Of a stretch of DNA of 64,000 nucleotides, positions 8,512 through 18,005 are shown in pieces; position 1 is the stretch's first letter; each line of letters opens with the position of its first letter. Under the pieces are notes generated by a model. It did no database searches and had not been told where the DNA came from. It worked only from the letters and a program-made list of their open reading frames with translations. Location: contig OZ252244.1 in assembly GCA_965249575.1 (NCBI GenBank), positions 3,552,001 through 3,616,000 on the forward strand, read 5' to 3'. This DNA comes from Gemmatimonadales bacterium. Lineage in GTDB: Bacteria; Gemmatimonadota; Gemmatimonadetes; Gemmatimonadales; GWC2-71-9. The translations under genes and the position numbers were made by a program.

Positions 8512-10260
8512 CTAGTTCACCTCAAACTGCATCATCATCCCGGCTTCCAGGTGCTCGGCGATGTGGCAATGGAGCATCCATGTGCCGGGGTTCGAGTTCT
8601 CCACCAGGATGTCGACGGTGCCGCCAACCGGCAGGAGCTCCGTGTCTTTCCACGCCATGTTGTTTACCGGAACGCCGTTTCGCGCGATCGTCAGGAAGCG
8701 CTGGCCATGCAGGTGGATAGGATGGTTCATTGGGTGGAATGCTTCGGCATCGTTCACGAGCCGGATTTTCGTAACCGTTCCCCGCTCGAAATTCCAGTCG
8801 ATGTCCATGTTCTCGGCACCGGTCGCAGGATCGCGCAGAATCCAGCGGACCTCCTTGGAGGTCGCGATCCAGTTCATGTCCGACATCGTGTCCGTCCACT
8901 CGACCGGCGCACGGTAGGTCGTATCGATCGAGATGAAGTGCATCACGATGATCGGCAGGTCCTGGATGTCGACCGTGAGGAGGAGCTCGTGGTCTGGCGG
9001 CCGGTCGAACTCGGCTCGGTACCCATCGATGTCCTGCGTCACGTCTTGGTTCTCTCGCAACGTGGCAAAAGAGGACGTATGGTCCTCGTCGGCCGGCTCT
9101 GAGCCGACCATCACCATGCCCATGGTGTCTACGGCGAGGTAGAACTCACCCAGCATGTGATCCAGTGGCTGGACCGAGTTCAGCAGATGGTGGGTCCCCT
9201 CCTCGCCAAAGTGCACTTCGACGACGTAGCGCTGGGCTGGCGCGATCACGATGCTCTCGACCATCGTCTCCCGCTCGAATTTGCCCACGTCCGCGGCTAC
9301 GAGTTTGATCGGGGCATCCCCGAACGACAGGTTGTAGGTCCGCGCGTTGGCGACGTTGGTGATGTAGAAGCGGACGACCTCGCCCTTACGGGCCATCAGA
9401 TGGTACTGGGGTTCACCATTGACCAGGAGGTGATTCCCGAACCGGCCCATGATGACGAAGTCGGCGTTCTCCTTCCCATAGGGGATCAGGGTATCGCCGT
9501 CCATTAAGAGGTCGTCGAGCACCAGGAATTCTTCGCGGTTCACAGGGCTGTAGTAATCTGGATCGGTGGGGTCGACCATCAGGTTCCCATAAAGACCCAT
9601 GTCCTGCTGAATGTCCTCACGCATGTGCGGGTGGTACCAGTAGATGCCCGCGTCCGGGAAGCGAATCGTATACCAGAACGTTTCGCCGGGTTTCACCGGG
9701 GGTTGGGTCACGTCCGGTACTCCATCGAACCGGTTGTCGAGGCGGATACCGTGCCAATGCACTGTCGTCGGTAGTTCGATGTTGTTGGTGAATCGGACGT
9801 GAATTTCCGCTCCTTGCATCACTCGGATCAGCGGCCCGGGGTACTGGCCGTTGAAGCCGTACATGATGAAGGTCTTGTTGTGCAGCGTCCGCCGCACGAG
9901 CATGGCTTCGATGTCCAGCGTATCACCGTTACGTAGCTGAACGATCTCTCGAGGAGTTGCCTCTGGCAGCGACGATACGTCGATTCCTGCGCCAGGGAGC
10001 CACGGTGTGATCTTGGGAGTGGCGCCCATCATGCCCGGCAACATGGGCATTTTCATCATCGGGATGATCATCATCCCGCTCGGGGCGACGCCCTCTCCGT
10101 GATCCATCATCATGCCGGACATCCCCGGCATGTCCATCATGGTGGGGGTTTCCTGGGTGGATGCGGGCACAGCGGCTAGCAGCGTGAGGGCCAGCACGGC
10201 GCCAGCCGCCGCCCCGCCCCGCGCCGTGAAGAACCTGATCGAGTCTCGTCCGGTGAGCAT
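8512..10260 (-). CDS. Multicopper oxidase (CueO/laccase-like) with Met-rich N-terminal region
   Basis: All four copper motifs present (HWHG, WYHPH, HPIHLHG, HCHIAEHLEAGMM); signal peptide followed by TMMDMPGMSGMMMDH; TGATG coupling to the upstream gene. Confidence 0.93.
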   Translation of the reverse strand: MLTGRDSIRFFTARGGAAAGAVLALTLLAAVPASTQETPTMMDMPGMSGMMMDHGEGVAPSGMMIIPMMKMPMLPGMMGATPKITPWLPGAGIDVSSLPEATPREIVQLRNGDTLDIEAMLVRRTLHNKTFIMYGFNGQYPGPLIRVMQGAEIHVRFTNNIELPTTVHWHGIRLDNRFDGVPDVTQPPVKPGETFWYTIRFPDAGIYWYHPHMREDIQQDMGLYGNLMVDPTDPDYYSPVNREEFLVLDDLLMDGDTLIPYGKENADFVIMGRFGNHLLVNGEPQYHLMARKGEVVRFYITNVANARTYNLSFGDAPIKLVAADVGKFERETMVESIVIAPAQRYVVEVHFGEEGTHHLLNSVQPLDHMLGEFYLAVDTMGMVMVGSEPADEDHTSSFATLRENQDVTQDIDGYRAEFDRPPDHELLLTVDIQDLPIIVMHFISIDTTYRAPVEWTDTMSDMNWIATSKEVRWILRDPATGAENMDIDWNFERGTVTKIRLVNDAEAFHPMNHPIHLHGQRFLTIARNGVPVNNMAWKDTELLPVGGTVDILVENSNPGTWMLHCHIAEHLEAGMMMQFEVN

Positions 10261-10793
10261 CACCCGCCCATTCCCTCCACGCCGTAGATATCACAGCCTG
10301 CGAGCGATCGCACGCGGGCGCTGCTCGAACGGCCGACCATGAGGAGAGGTCCCGTCCACCGCGGTAGTCCCGCCGTCTCCTCGGCCGATACCATGAACAT
10401 CGTCTTGTTCCAATCCACTCGTGTCGTCACGGGGTGTTCGGCGGCGACCGGCCCGAGGTTCCGGATCCTGTCCAGGTTCGGGGTGGCCATCCAAGCCACG
10501 TACATGGTGTAAGGCCCGAAGTAAGACGGTTCCGGCAATCCTTCGACACTCATCGTCGCATCGAAAAGAGGGCGCCCGTCGGCGGTGACGGCTATCCCGA
10601 ACGGTGACGTTCCGGGCACGAGCTGTACGGTACCGGCCGCGCGCGCGAGTTTCCCGGTAGACACGAGCTCGACGACCTCGGGTGATAGGTCTGGTCCGAC
10701 GCACGCAACTCCCGTTGGGTCGACGGGGCCAGCGAGGCTTACCGGTAGGAAGCTCAGCGCGGGCAGGATGCCAGCAATGACCACGGTCTTCAT
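10260..10793 (-). CDS. Secreted hypothetical protein translationally coupled to the multicopper oxidase
   Basis: 177-aa ORF with signal peptide; stop overlaps the oxidase ATG. Confidence 0.7.
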   Translation of the reverse strand: MKTVVIAGILPALSFLPVSLAGPVDPTGVACVGPDLSPEVVELVSTGKLARAAGTVQLVPGTSPFGIAVTADGRPLFDATMSVEGLPEPSYFGPYTMYVAWMATPNLDRIRNLGPVAAEHPVTTRVDWNKTMFMVSAEETAGLPRWTGPLLMVGRSSSARVRSLAGCDIYGVEGMGG

Positions 10794-10995
10794 CGTGGTT
10801 CCCTCACGAGGTGAGTGTTACAGAGTCAACGACTGTTGTAAGGTGGCTGTCGCCCGGCCCGAGGTCAACGTCTCCTGCACCGCCGTCCGGTCGTGGCCGG
10901 GGCGCCCGAGGGCCGCGGAGCAACTTGACCCCTTGCGTGTTCTGAACCACTTTCGCAACTGGAGATCGGACCTGACAATTTATCCGGAGAGCCGC

Positions 10996-12369
10996 ATGCA
11001 ATACCCCCGCACTGGTCTATCGTTCCTCGCGCTGATCGTAGGTGGTATCGCGTATTCCGCCGAAGCGCAGGTGCCGCTCGGTGAAGTCGGTAGCAGCAAC
11101 CTGAAGATTGTTTCCCACGTCCCGTTGGGGCGCATGTTCACGGTAGCCGATATCGAGATCGAGCAGGAGCTCGGCCGGCCGTTTGTGTATGTGCCGAGGA
11201 TGCACGGTATCACGAAATCGACCGGGTTCAGCGTGCTTAGCGTGAAGGATCCGGCCGATCCGAGCCTGCTCTATACGTGGAACATCGAGAACCCGGAGCT
11301 GATACGCGCCTACGGGGGGTTGGACGGGAAATATTTCAAGCTCCAGGATCGCTACTACTATATCCAGTCCTTCCAGATCGCGGCCGGCAGTCAGAATCAT
11401 GATCTGGGTGCAATCGTTTTCGACGTCACTGGTCTGCCCGACGCGTCGACGATCAAGGAGGCGGGCCGCATTCGAACGCCCGACTTCCCGGGCGGGTTTC
11501 ACAACATCTTTGCGTACAAGCATTCCGACGGGCGGGTGCTCCTGTTGTCCACCAGCCGGGGAGCGCACGCGAACGTGTTCGACATGGCGCAATTCCTGGC
11601 GGGTGAGGGGCAGGGCAGCCTGATCGCTCGCATCCCGATCCCGGATGCGCCTCCAATGGGCGGCGGCAGCTATCACGACATGTACGCCGGATACGATCCG
11701 GCGACCCGCCAAGACAAGTTCTACGGAGCGGCGTGGAACTCGGGCTATTACATCTTCGACATCAGCCAGCCGGACCAGCCAAGCCTCATTACCTCGATCA
11801 CGGGGGTAGCGGGTGGGGCCAGCCAGCACACCTTCACGCCGACTCCTGACGGCCGGTACGTCGTCGCCGAGATGGAATACCAGTACGCGCCGCTGCGGAT
11901 CTTTGATCTCAAACCGGGCCTCGACGGGGAGGTCACGACCGTCTCACGGCCGATCGGCGCCTGGACCGCGCGGTGGCAGGGTCTTCCACACAATCACGAA
12001 GTCCGCTGGCCCTACGTGTTCGTCTCCGGATACGAGGATGGGCTGCACGTCTTCAACATGATGGATCCGACCAATCCATACACCGTGGCGTACTACGACA
12101 CCTACGGTGGGCCGAACCAGCGCGGCTGGGGCGGGGTGGACGATCCGGAGGCCGGCCGTGGCAACGCGAATGGCTCCTTCGGCGTGGACGTGCGAAACGC
12201 GGACGGGCTGATCGTCACGAGCGACATGACCACCGGGTTCTGGGCGTTCAAGCTGGATGGATTCAATGGCTGGAACGGCCATCAATGGGGTATGCCGAAC
12301 ATCTCGAGCGTCCAGGACTGGGACAACGGCCCAGAGGGCGCCCCGGCACCGGTACGAGTGAGCGACTGA
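10996..12369 (+). CDS. Secreted LVIVD-like repeat protein, paralog 5
   Basis: ATG 10996 after GGAG; signal peptide ending AEA-Q; same conserved blocks; C-terminal half most similar to paralog 4. Confidence 0.85.
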   Translation: MQYPRTGLSFLALIVGGIAYSAEAQVPLGEVGSSNLKIVSHVPLGRMFTVADIEIEQELGRPFVYVPRMHGITKSTGFSVLSVKDPADPSLLYTWNIENPELIRAYGGLDGKYFKLQDRYYYIQSFQIAAGSQNHDLGAIVFDVTGLPDASTIKEAGRIRTPDFPGGFHNIFAYKHSDGRVLLLSTSRGAHANVFDMAQFLAGEGQGSLIARIPIPDAPPMGGGSYHDMYAGYDPATRQDKFYGAAWNSGYYIFDISQPDQPSLITSITGVAGGASQHTFTPTPDGRYVVAEMEYQYAPLRIFDLKPGLDGEVTTVSRPIGAWTARWQGLPHNHEVRWPYVFVSGYEDGLHVFNMMDPTNPYTVAYYDTYGGPNQRGWGGVDDPEAGRGNANGSFGVDVRNADGLIVTSDMTTGFWAFKLDGFNGWNGHQWGMPNISSVQDWDNGPEGAPAPVRVSD

Positions 12370-12394
12370 TTAGCGACTGATTGAGGAATGGGAA

Positions 12395-12420
12395 CGGGAG
12401 GGCGCCGCGGCGCCCTCCCG
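12395..12420. terminator. Perfect 26-bp palindrome, probable bidirectional terminator
   Basis: CGGGAGGGCGCC-GC-GGCGCCCTCCCG between convergent stops at 12369 and 12438; no U-tract. Confidence 0.6.
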
Positions 12421-12437
12421 CTCGCTGAGCGACCTAC

Positions 12438-14396
12438 CTACCGCCGTAGCGTGGCGTCGACCGGTGCCGGACCGACGTCGTCCTTCAGGTATTGATCGAA
12501 GAACCCCAGGATGTCGAGTGACATCCGGTGGTAGTTCTCGGGGACGCGAACGTAGTAGCTGACGTCCGGGTACGTCTTGTACCGGACGACCTTGAATTCC
12601 TTCTCCAATGCCAGCGCGAACTCCGCCGACGCCCGAATCGGTACCCGGCCCGGGCGCCACGATACGACGTCGCCGGTCCCGTGCACGAGGAAAACGGGCG
12701 TAGTCACGTCCTTGACGGAGAAGATGGCCGAGTTGCGCCGGTAGACGGCGGCGCTGTCAGGATATGGCCCCCACTCGTACGCCAAGAGCTTCGTGTGCTG
12801 CAGCTCGGCGTTGTATTCCTGAAAGCTGATCCAGTCGGCGTAGCCGGACTGCGGAGCCGAGGCCTGGAACACGCCGGGTGCGTGAGCCACGGCCCCCATG
12901 CTGGTGATCCCCCCGTAGCTGGATCCCGTGATGCCAAGCTTCTCGGGGTTGACGTGGGGGAGACTCTTGAGGTATTCGGCGCCGGCGACTACGTCGCGCA
13001 TGTCGCAGCGGGTCCAGCAGGGGTTGTTCGCGTCCTCGAAGGTTTTTCCGAACCCGGAGCTGCCCCGGATATTGGGCATCAAGACCACGTAGCCCTGCTG
13101 GGCGAAGAGCTGAGGCTGCGTCGCATAGGTGTCGTTGAACTGCGAGGTCGGACCGCCGTGGGCGAACACGATTCCCGGGAGTCGCGCACCGGTACGAATG
13201 GTCGCGGGCTTGTAGAGGTAGGCGGAGATCGTGAACTCGTCGCTCCGGTAGGTCACCTTCTCGGGTGTGAGCAGTGATTGAGACAGTCCCTCGGACACCG
13301 AATGGGTGAGGCGACGCGGCGTGCCACCCCCGACGGGAACGACGTAGAGGTCAGAAGGCTCGGTTGGCGTTCCGAGCGTGTAGGTCAAGCGCTTCCCTCC
13401 CGGTGACCAGGCGGGGGAGGCTGCCACACCAAGACTGACGGGGACGACGACCTGCGGGCTGCCGCCTGACGCGGGTACGACGCGAACGTCGTGCGTGCCG
13501 TTGCGATTCGAGACGTACGCGATGTGCTGTCCATCGGGCGACCAGCGGGCATCACTCTGGTCGGCGTCTTCCGGTGCCACCTGTTCCGGCTCGCCTCCGG
13601 CGAGCGGGACGGTCCAGTAGTTGATCCACCCGCTCCGGTGAGATCTGAACAACACGGAGTTCCCGTCAGGCGAGACCCGGGCGTATCCGAACTTGCTTCG
13701 CGTCCCGAGAGTGCCGTAGTCAAAGAGATCCTTGTCGTTCGTGACGACCCGCTTGTCGCCGCCTGCGGCCGACATGATGACCACGTCATGATCCGCCCAC
13801 CGGTCATCGGGTTGCACGTAGACGATCTGTCGCGAGTCCGGTGTCCACGTCGGGTAAAGCTCGTAGGCGGCGTCACTGGTCAATCGGTGGACGTCTCCGG
13901 AGGACACCGAGACCTTCCAAACGTCGAAATTACCGTATCGTAGTGCGGAGAAGGCGATCCACTGGCCATCGGGGGACCACGTGAAGGCGTTGATACGGGC
14001 GCCGAGATTGGTCAGTTGCGCTTCCCCGTTGCCGGGCAGCGACCAGAGCCAGAGCTCAGGGGAGCCGCTCTTGGTCGAGATGTAGGCGATCGATTCGCCG
14101 CTAGGGGAAACCTTGGGAGTCTGAGCGGAGAGGCGACCCGTGACGGGGCGGGGGGCCCCTCGCTCGGGATTGACGCTCCAGATACTCGCCGTGCCGAGTG
14201 TCGATGCGAAGTAGATCTGGGTGCCGTCGGGACTCCACTGTGGTGCTGCGCCTCCGACCATCGACCGCACGGAGACGAGCTTGGTTGCCAGTGCGTCCCG
14301 TGATGTGACGACGTCCTGTGCCAGGATCCCGGTTGATGGGACGGACACGAGGAGGGCCGCAAGGGCCGCTGCGAGCTGCCGCCGGTCTGCTGTCAT
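12438..14396 (-). CDS. S9 family peptidase-like protein with TolB/PD40 propeller repeats
   Basis: Signal peptide, several WSPDG repeats, HGGP, PNIRGSSGFG, nucleophile elbow GSSYGG. The His motif is atypical (YPDVSYY). Confidence 0.88.
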   Translation of the reverse strand: MTADRRQLAAALAALLVSVPSTGILAQDVVTSRDALATKLVSVRSMVGGAAPQWSPDGTQIYFASTLGTASIWSVNPERGAPRPVTGRLSAQTPKVSPSGESIAYISTKSGSPELWLWSLPGNGEAQLTNLGARINAFTWSPDGQWIAFSALRYGNFDVWKVSVSSGDVHRLTSDAAYELYPTWTPDSRQIVYVQPDDRWADHDVVIMSAAGGDKRVVTNDKDLFDYGTLGTRSKFGYARVSPDGNSVLFRSHRSGWINYWTVPLAGGEPEQVAPEDADQSDARWSPDGQHIAYVSNRNGTHDVRVVPASGGSPQVVVPVSLGVAASPAWSPGGKRLTYTLGTPTEPSDLYVVPVGGGTPRRLTHSVSEGLSQSLLTPEKVTYRSDEFTISAYLYKPATIRTGARLPGIVFAHGGPTSQFNDTYATQPQLFAQQGYVVLMPNIRGSSGFGKTFEDANNPCWTRCDMRDVVAGAEYLKSLPHVNPEKLGITGSSYGGITSMGAVAHAPGVFQASAPQSGYADWISFQEYNAELQHTKLLAYEWGPYPDSAAVYRRNSAIFSVKDVTTPVFLVHGTGDVVSWRPGRVPIRASAEFALALEKEFKVVRYKTYPDVSYYVRVPENYHRMSLDILGFFDQYLKDDVGPAPVDATLRR

Positions 14397-14629
14397 GGCT
14401 GTCTCCCGTTTTCGAATGCGATGGCCCTGGCGACGTTCCGCCGTCTAACGCCCAATTTGCGAGCGCGAGGCCTTTGAGCCGGTTAGGAGCGCTGAGACGG
14501 CACTGCGTGACGGAATCGTGGGCCAACTCCGAATGTGAGTGGGAGCTTCCGGACCGTCAAGCGAGATCGTGTGCCCAGTGCCTACCAGCCGGCGCGGCGT
14601 ATCGACTCCGGGATTACATTCGAACGCCA

Positions 14630-15406
14630 ATGGTACTCAGCCTCCTCAGCCTGTTTGGCATCGGTCTCTTCGCGGGCGGCCTCGGCGCGCTGCTCGGTGT
14701 CGGCGGTGGGGTGTTCGTCGTCCCGGCTCTGTCCCTGCTGTTGGACATCCCGCTCCGCAACGCCGTGGCCGCGAGCCTGCTCTGCGTGGTGGCGACGTCC
14801 GTCGCAAGCTCGATCGTGAATCTGCGTCGGGGCCGAGTAGATGTCCCGTTGGCTGTCGAGCTGCAAGTCTACACGGTGTGCGGCGCCGTGGCGGCGGGCC
14901 TGCTGGCGGCGGCCATCCCCCCCGGACCGATTTACCTGGCCTTCGCGGCACTCGTAGTATTTACCGCGTGGCAGATGTGGCCCCGTCCCGCCCGCACAAA
15001 CCGAATGGACACGCCCCTGTCGTCGGCGTCGATGCGGGCGCGACGACGCGCTGCCAGTGGGATGGCAGTGGGGGCGGGGGTGGTGTCCGGGCTCCTGGGT
15101 GTCGGGGGTGGGCTCATTAACACCCCCGTCATACACCTCCTCTTGCAACGGCCGTTCGCACGTGCCGCCGCCACCAGTGCGTACATGATCGGCCTCACCG
15201 CCGCGGCGAGCGCGCTGGTCTACCTCGCGCGCGGGGATGTTCTCCCGGGCATTACTGGGGCGACCGTGCTCGGCACACTGGCAGGCGCGGGGGTGGCATC
15301 GCTGATCGGGCACCGTATCGATCAGCGCGGGCTCAAGATCACCTTTACTCTGCTCCTGATCTACGTCGCAATCGCAATGGCCGGCCGTGGAATCGATCAA
15401 TTCTGA
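14630..15406 (+). CDS. TauE/SafE family sulfite exporter-like membrane protein
   Basis: Duplicated GxLGVGGG motifs and multiple TM segments. Confidence 0.85.
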   Translation: MVLSLLSLFGIGLFAGGLGALLGVGGGVFVVPALSLLLDIPLRNAVAASLLCVVATSVASSIVNLRRGRVDVPLAVELQVYTVCGAVAAGLLAAAIPPGPIYLAFAALVVFTAWQMWPRPARTNRMDTPLSSASMRARRRAASGMAVGAGVVSGLLGVGGGLINTPVIHLLLQRPFARAAATSAYMIGLTAAASALVYLARGDVLPGITGATVLGTLAGAGVASLIGHRIDQRGLKITFTLLLIYVAIAMAGRGIDQF

Positions 15407-15728
15407 GACGGAGGCATCGACTCTGCCCGGTCGCGCCGCGGCTCGCACGCTGGCGGCACTGGCGATCTTCGCTGTCGCCACGCTGGTGGTGGCGCTCATC
15501 CTGGTCGGTATGGATCGAGAGGCAGAGGCGGCCGGCGATCTGACCCAGCTCCCGGCGGCGAGGGCCCCCCGGCTGCTCATGGGCATAGGGGAGTTCGCGC
15601 TCGCCATCGCACCGGTGGCGGCGATGGCCCAAATAGGAGTTGCTTCTCTGCGGAGTCGACCCCGCCTGGGTGTTCTCGCGCTGGCCGGCGTGGCAATTAC
15701 GCTGTTGGGGGTCCTGATCGCTCGTTAG
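15387..15728 (+). CDS. Small membrane protein (possible DUF1634-like partner of TauE)
   Basis: Three hydrophobic segments; overlaps the TauE stop. Confidence 0.5.
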   Translation: MESINSETEASTLPGRAAARTLAALAIFAVATLVVALILVGMDREAEAAGDLTQLPAARAPRLLMGIGEFALAIAPVAAMAQIGVASLRSRPRLGVLALAGVAITLLGVLIAR

Positions 15729-15897
15729 CTGGGGCGAGGGCTCGTTGATGGTCAGACGGCCGCCCCGTACATTCCAGTACTCGGAGGGAACGACACACTG
15801 GGCAGGTCGTTGCGGTTGAAGGCTCGCACGCGTGTGGCAAGCCCGTGTCGGTCACTGGGCTTGATGGGCGGCTTTCACGCATCGCCGGCGAGCCGCC

Positions 15898-16743
15898 GTG
15901 CGACCTGACGTGCTCGGGGTGATCGGGCTCGGCGCGATCGGAGGCTCCGTGGCGTGGGCTGCCTCCCGCCGGGGTGTAACGCGCGTGCTCGGGTACACAC
16001 CGGATACCGATGATGGCACGTCCGCGGAGTGGACGGGTGCCGTCACCCAACGCGTATCGAGCGTGGATCGGTTGGTTGCCGAGTCGCAGTTCGTGGTCCT
16101 GGCTGCTCCTCCTGCCATTACGCTCAGCCTGCTCGATGAGATCGGGCCGTCCCTCCGCGCGAATAACACACTCTGCACCGACGTGACCAGCGTGAAAGCA
16201 CCCGTCATCCAGCGGGCGGAAGGTCTCGGGCTCGCACCTGTGTTCGCGGGCTCCCATCCCATGGCGGGCACGCATATGTCGGGTTTCCAGGCGGCGGATC
16301 CCGGTATGTTGTCCGATGCAACGGTATTCGTGTGCTCCCTAGCGCGGGGAGAACGCGCGGCTCGAGAAGTCGCCGATTTCTGGTCCAGGGTCTGCGGAGC
16401 CCACCCGGTCGAGGTCGAGGCGGAAGCGCACGACCGGGCTCTGGCGTGGAGCAGCCACCTGCCTCAGGCGATGGCGTCGGCCCTCGCGGCGGCCCTCGAC
16501 GATTCTGCACCTGCAGAGGCCGCCTTTGGCCGCGGAGCGCGCGACACTACGAGAATCGCGGCCAGCAGCGTTGAGATGTGGCGCGATGTCCTGTTGCTGA
16601 ATCGATTGGCCGTCCTCGAGGCGATCGAAGCGGTGGAGGATCAACTCGGTGAGCTGGGCCGCGCACTCCGATCGGGCGACGCGGCCACCCTCGCTGACTG
16701 GCTCGAGGCCGGCGCCCGCTGGCGCCGGCAGCTGGACCGGTGA
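15898..16743 (+). CDS. tyrA: Prephenate/arogenate dehydrogenase
   Basis: GLGAIGGS, DVTSVK, GSHPMAG, SHLPQ motifs; adjacent to aroA. Confidence 0.9.
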   Translation: MRPDVLGVIGLGAIGGSVAWAASRRGVTRVLGYTPDTDDGTSAEWTGAVTQRVSSVDRLVAESQFVVLAAPPAITLSLLDEIGPSLRANNTLCTDVTSVKAPVIQRAEGLGLAPVFAGSHPMAGTHMSGFQAADPGMLSDATVFVCSLARGERAAREVADFWSRVCGAHPVEVEAEAHDRALAWSSHLPQAMASALAAALDDSAPAEAAFGRGARDTTRIAASSVEMWRDVLLLNRLAVLEAIEAVEDQLGELGRALRSGDAATLADWLEAGARWRRQLDR

Positions 16744-18005
16744 GCCAACCGAGGACCATTCGTCCCCCGTCAGACAAGAGTATTACACACCGAGCGCTCG
16801 CCTTGGCCGCCTTGTCGAAGGGCCGCTCCGTGCTTGAGGAGCCGCTGATCTCCCTGGACGCGCGATCCATGGCCGGGGTATTGCGCGCGGTGGGTATCCC
16901 GGTATCCCCACTCCGGGGAGAAGCAGTTCGTATCGATGGCAACGGGGTCCGTGGTTTTCGGGCGCCCAATCGTACGCTCAACTGTGGTAATTCCGGCACC
17001 ACCGCTCGGCTCATGTTGGGCATGCTGGCGGGGAGCCATTTCGCGGCACGCGTGAACGGAGACGCCTCCCTCCGCCGCCGGCCGATGCGCCGTGTGACGC
17101 ATCCCCTCTCCGACATGGGAGCCCACTTCGAGGAGCTGAATGGCGACGGCCTCCCGCTCCGCGTGCGGGGAGGGGCCCTGCGTGGGATCACGTATGACCT
17201 CCCCGTCGCGAGCGCGCAGGTGAAGAGCGCGATTCTGTTGGCGGCTCTCGTTGGTGGCGTGCCCGTCGCCCTTCGCGAGCCGGGGTCTTCGAGGGATCAC
17301 ACGGAGCGGATGCTCGAGGCGCTTGGAGCCTCACTCAAGCGGAAAGACGGGTGGATCAGTTTCGTGCCACCTGACGCGGTTTCATCGTTCGCCACGCGCA
17401 TTCCCGGCGACCCGTCTTCAGCGGCCTTCCTGGCAGCCGCGGCTGTTCTGGCTGGGAGCGGGCTTCTGATCACCGAAGTCGGGATAAACCCGACTCGAAC
17501 GGGATTCATCCATGTGCTGCGACGGATGGGTGCCCGGGTCGAAGTCATCCCGCGCGGCGAGCAGCTCGGAGAGCCGGTCGGTGATCTACTCGTCTCCCCC
17601 GGATCGTTGACCGGTACCGAGGTCGACGCCCGCGAGGTCCCGACCCTCATCGATGAGATCCCGATCCTGGCCGCCGTCGCTGCCCAAGCCGAGGGACCGA
17701 CGATCTTTCGCGGGATCGCGGAGCTCAGGGTCAAGGAGAGTGACCGGCTGCACCTGCTATCCGCGAATCTGCGCTCGCTTGGATGCGAGGCCGAAGCCTC
17801 CGCCGACTCGCTGTTGGTCTCCGGACTCGGCTTACCGTTGCGGGGGCAGGTCGACACCGCAGGCGATCACCGCATGGCGATGGCGTTTTCCGTGCTCGCG
17901 GCGGCGGTTCCCGAGTCCAACATCCGACTGAGCGAAGTGAAGTCTGCTGCGGTGAGCTACCCCTCGTTCTTCGCCGACCTGCGGCGCGTCCTGGCGGATG
18001 GCTAA
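16740..18005 (+). CDS. aroA: 3-phosphoshikimate 1-carboxyvinyltransferase
   Basis: DKSITHR, CGNSGTTARL, ASAQVKSA, RDHTE, LRVKESDR, DHRMAM. Confidence 0.96.
   Translation: MSQPRTIRPPSDKSITHRALALAALSKGRSVLEEPLISLDARSMAGVLRAVGIPVSPLRGEAVRIDGNGVRGFRAPNRTLNCGNSGTTARLMLGMLAGSHFAARVNGDASLRRRPMRRVTHPLSDMGAHFEELNGDGLPLRVRGGALRGITYDLPVASAQVKSAILLAALVGGVPVALREPGSSRDHTERMLEALGASLKRKDGWISFVPPDAVSSFATRIPGDPSSAAFLAAAAVLAGSGLLITEVGINPTRTGFIHVLRRMGARVEVIPRGEQLGEPVGDLLVSPGSLTGTEVDAREVPTLIDEIPILAAVAAQAEGPTIFRGIAELRVKESDRLHLLSANLRSLGCEAEASADSLLVSGLGLPLRGQVDTAGDHRMAMAFSVLAAAVPESNIRLSEVKSAAVSYPSFFADLRRVLADG

Noticed and set aside
2800..12369. Paralog array as a diversity-generating retroelement or recombination cassette system
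   Set aside because: No reverse transcriptase or recombinase; differences are spread over synonymous sites and are not adenine-specific.
12361..12382. Tandem 11-bp duplication AGCGACTGATT x2 at the paralog 5 stop
   Set aside because: Adjacent copies with nothing between them; most likely slippage, with no element to call.
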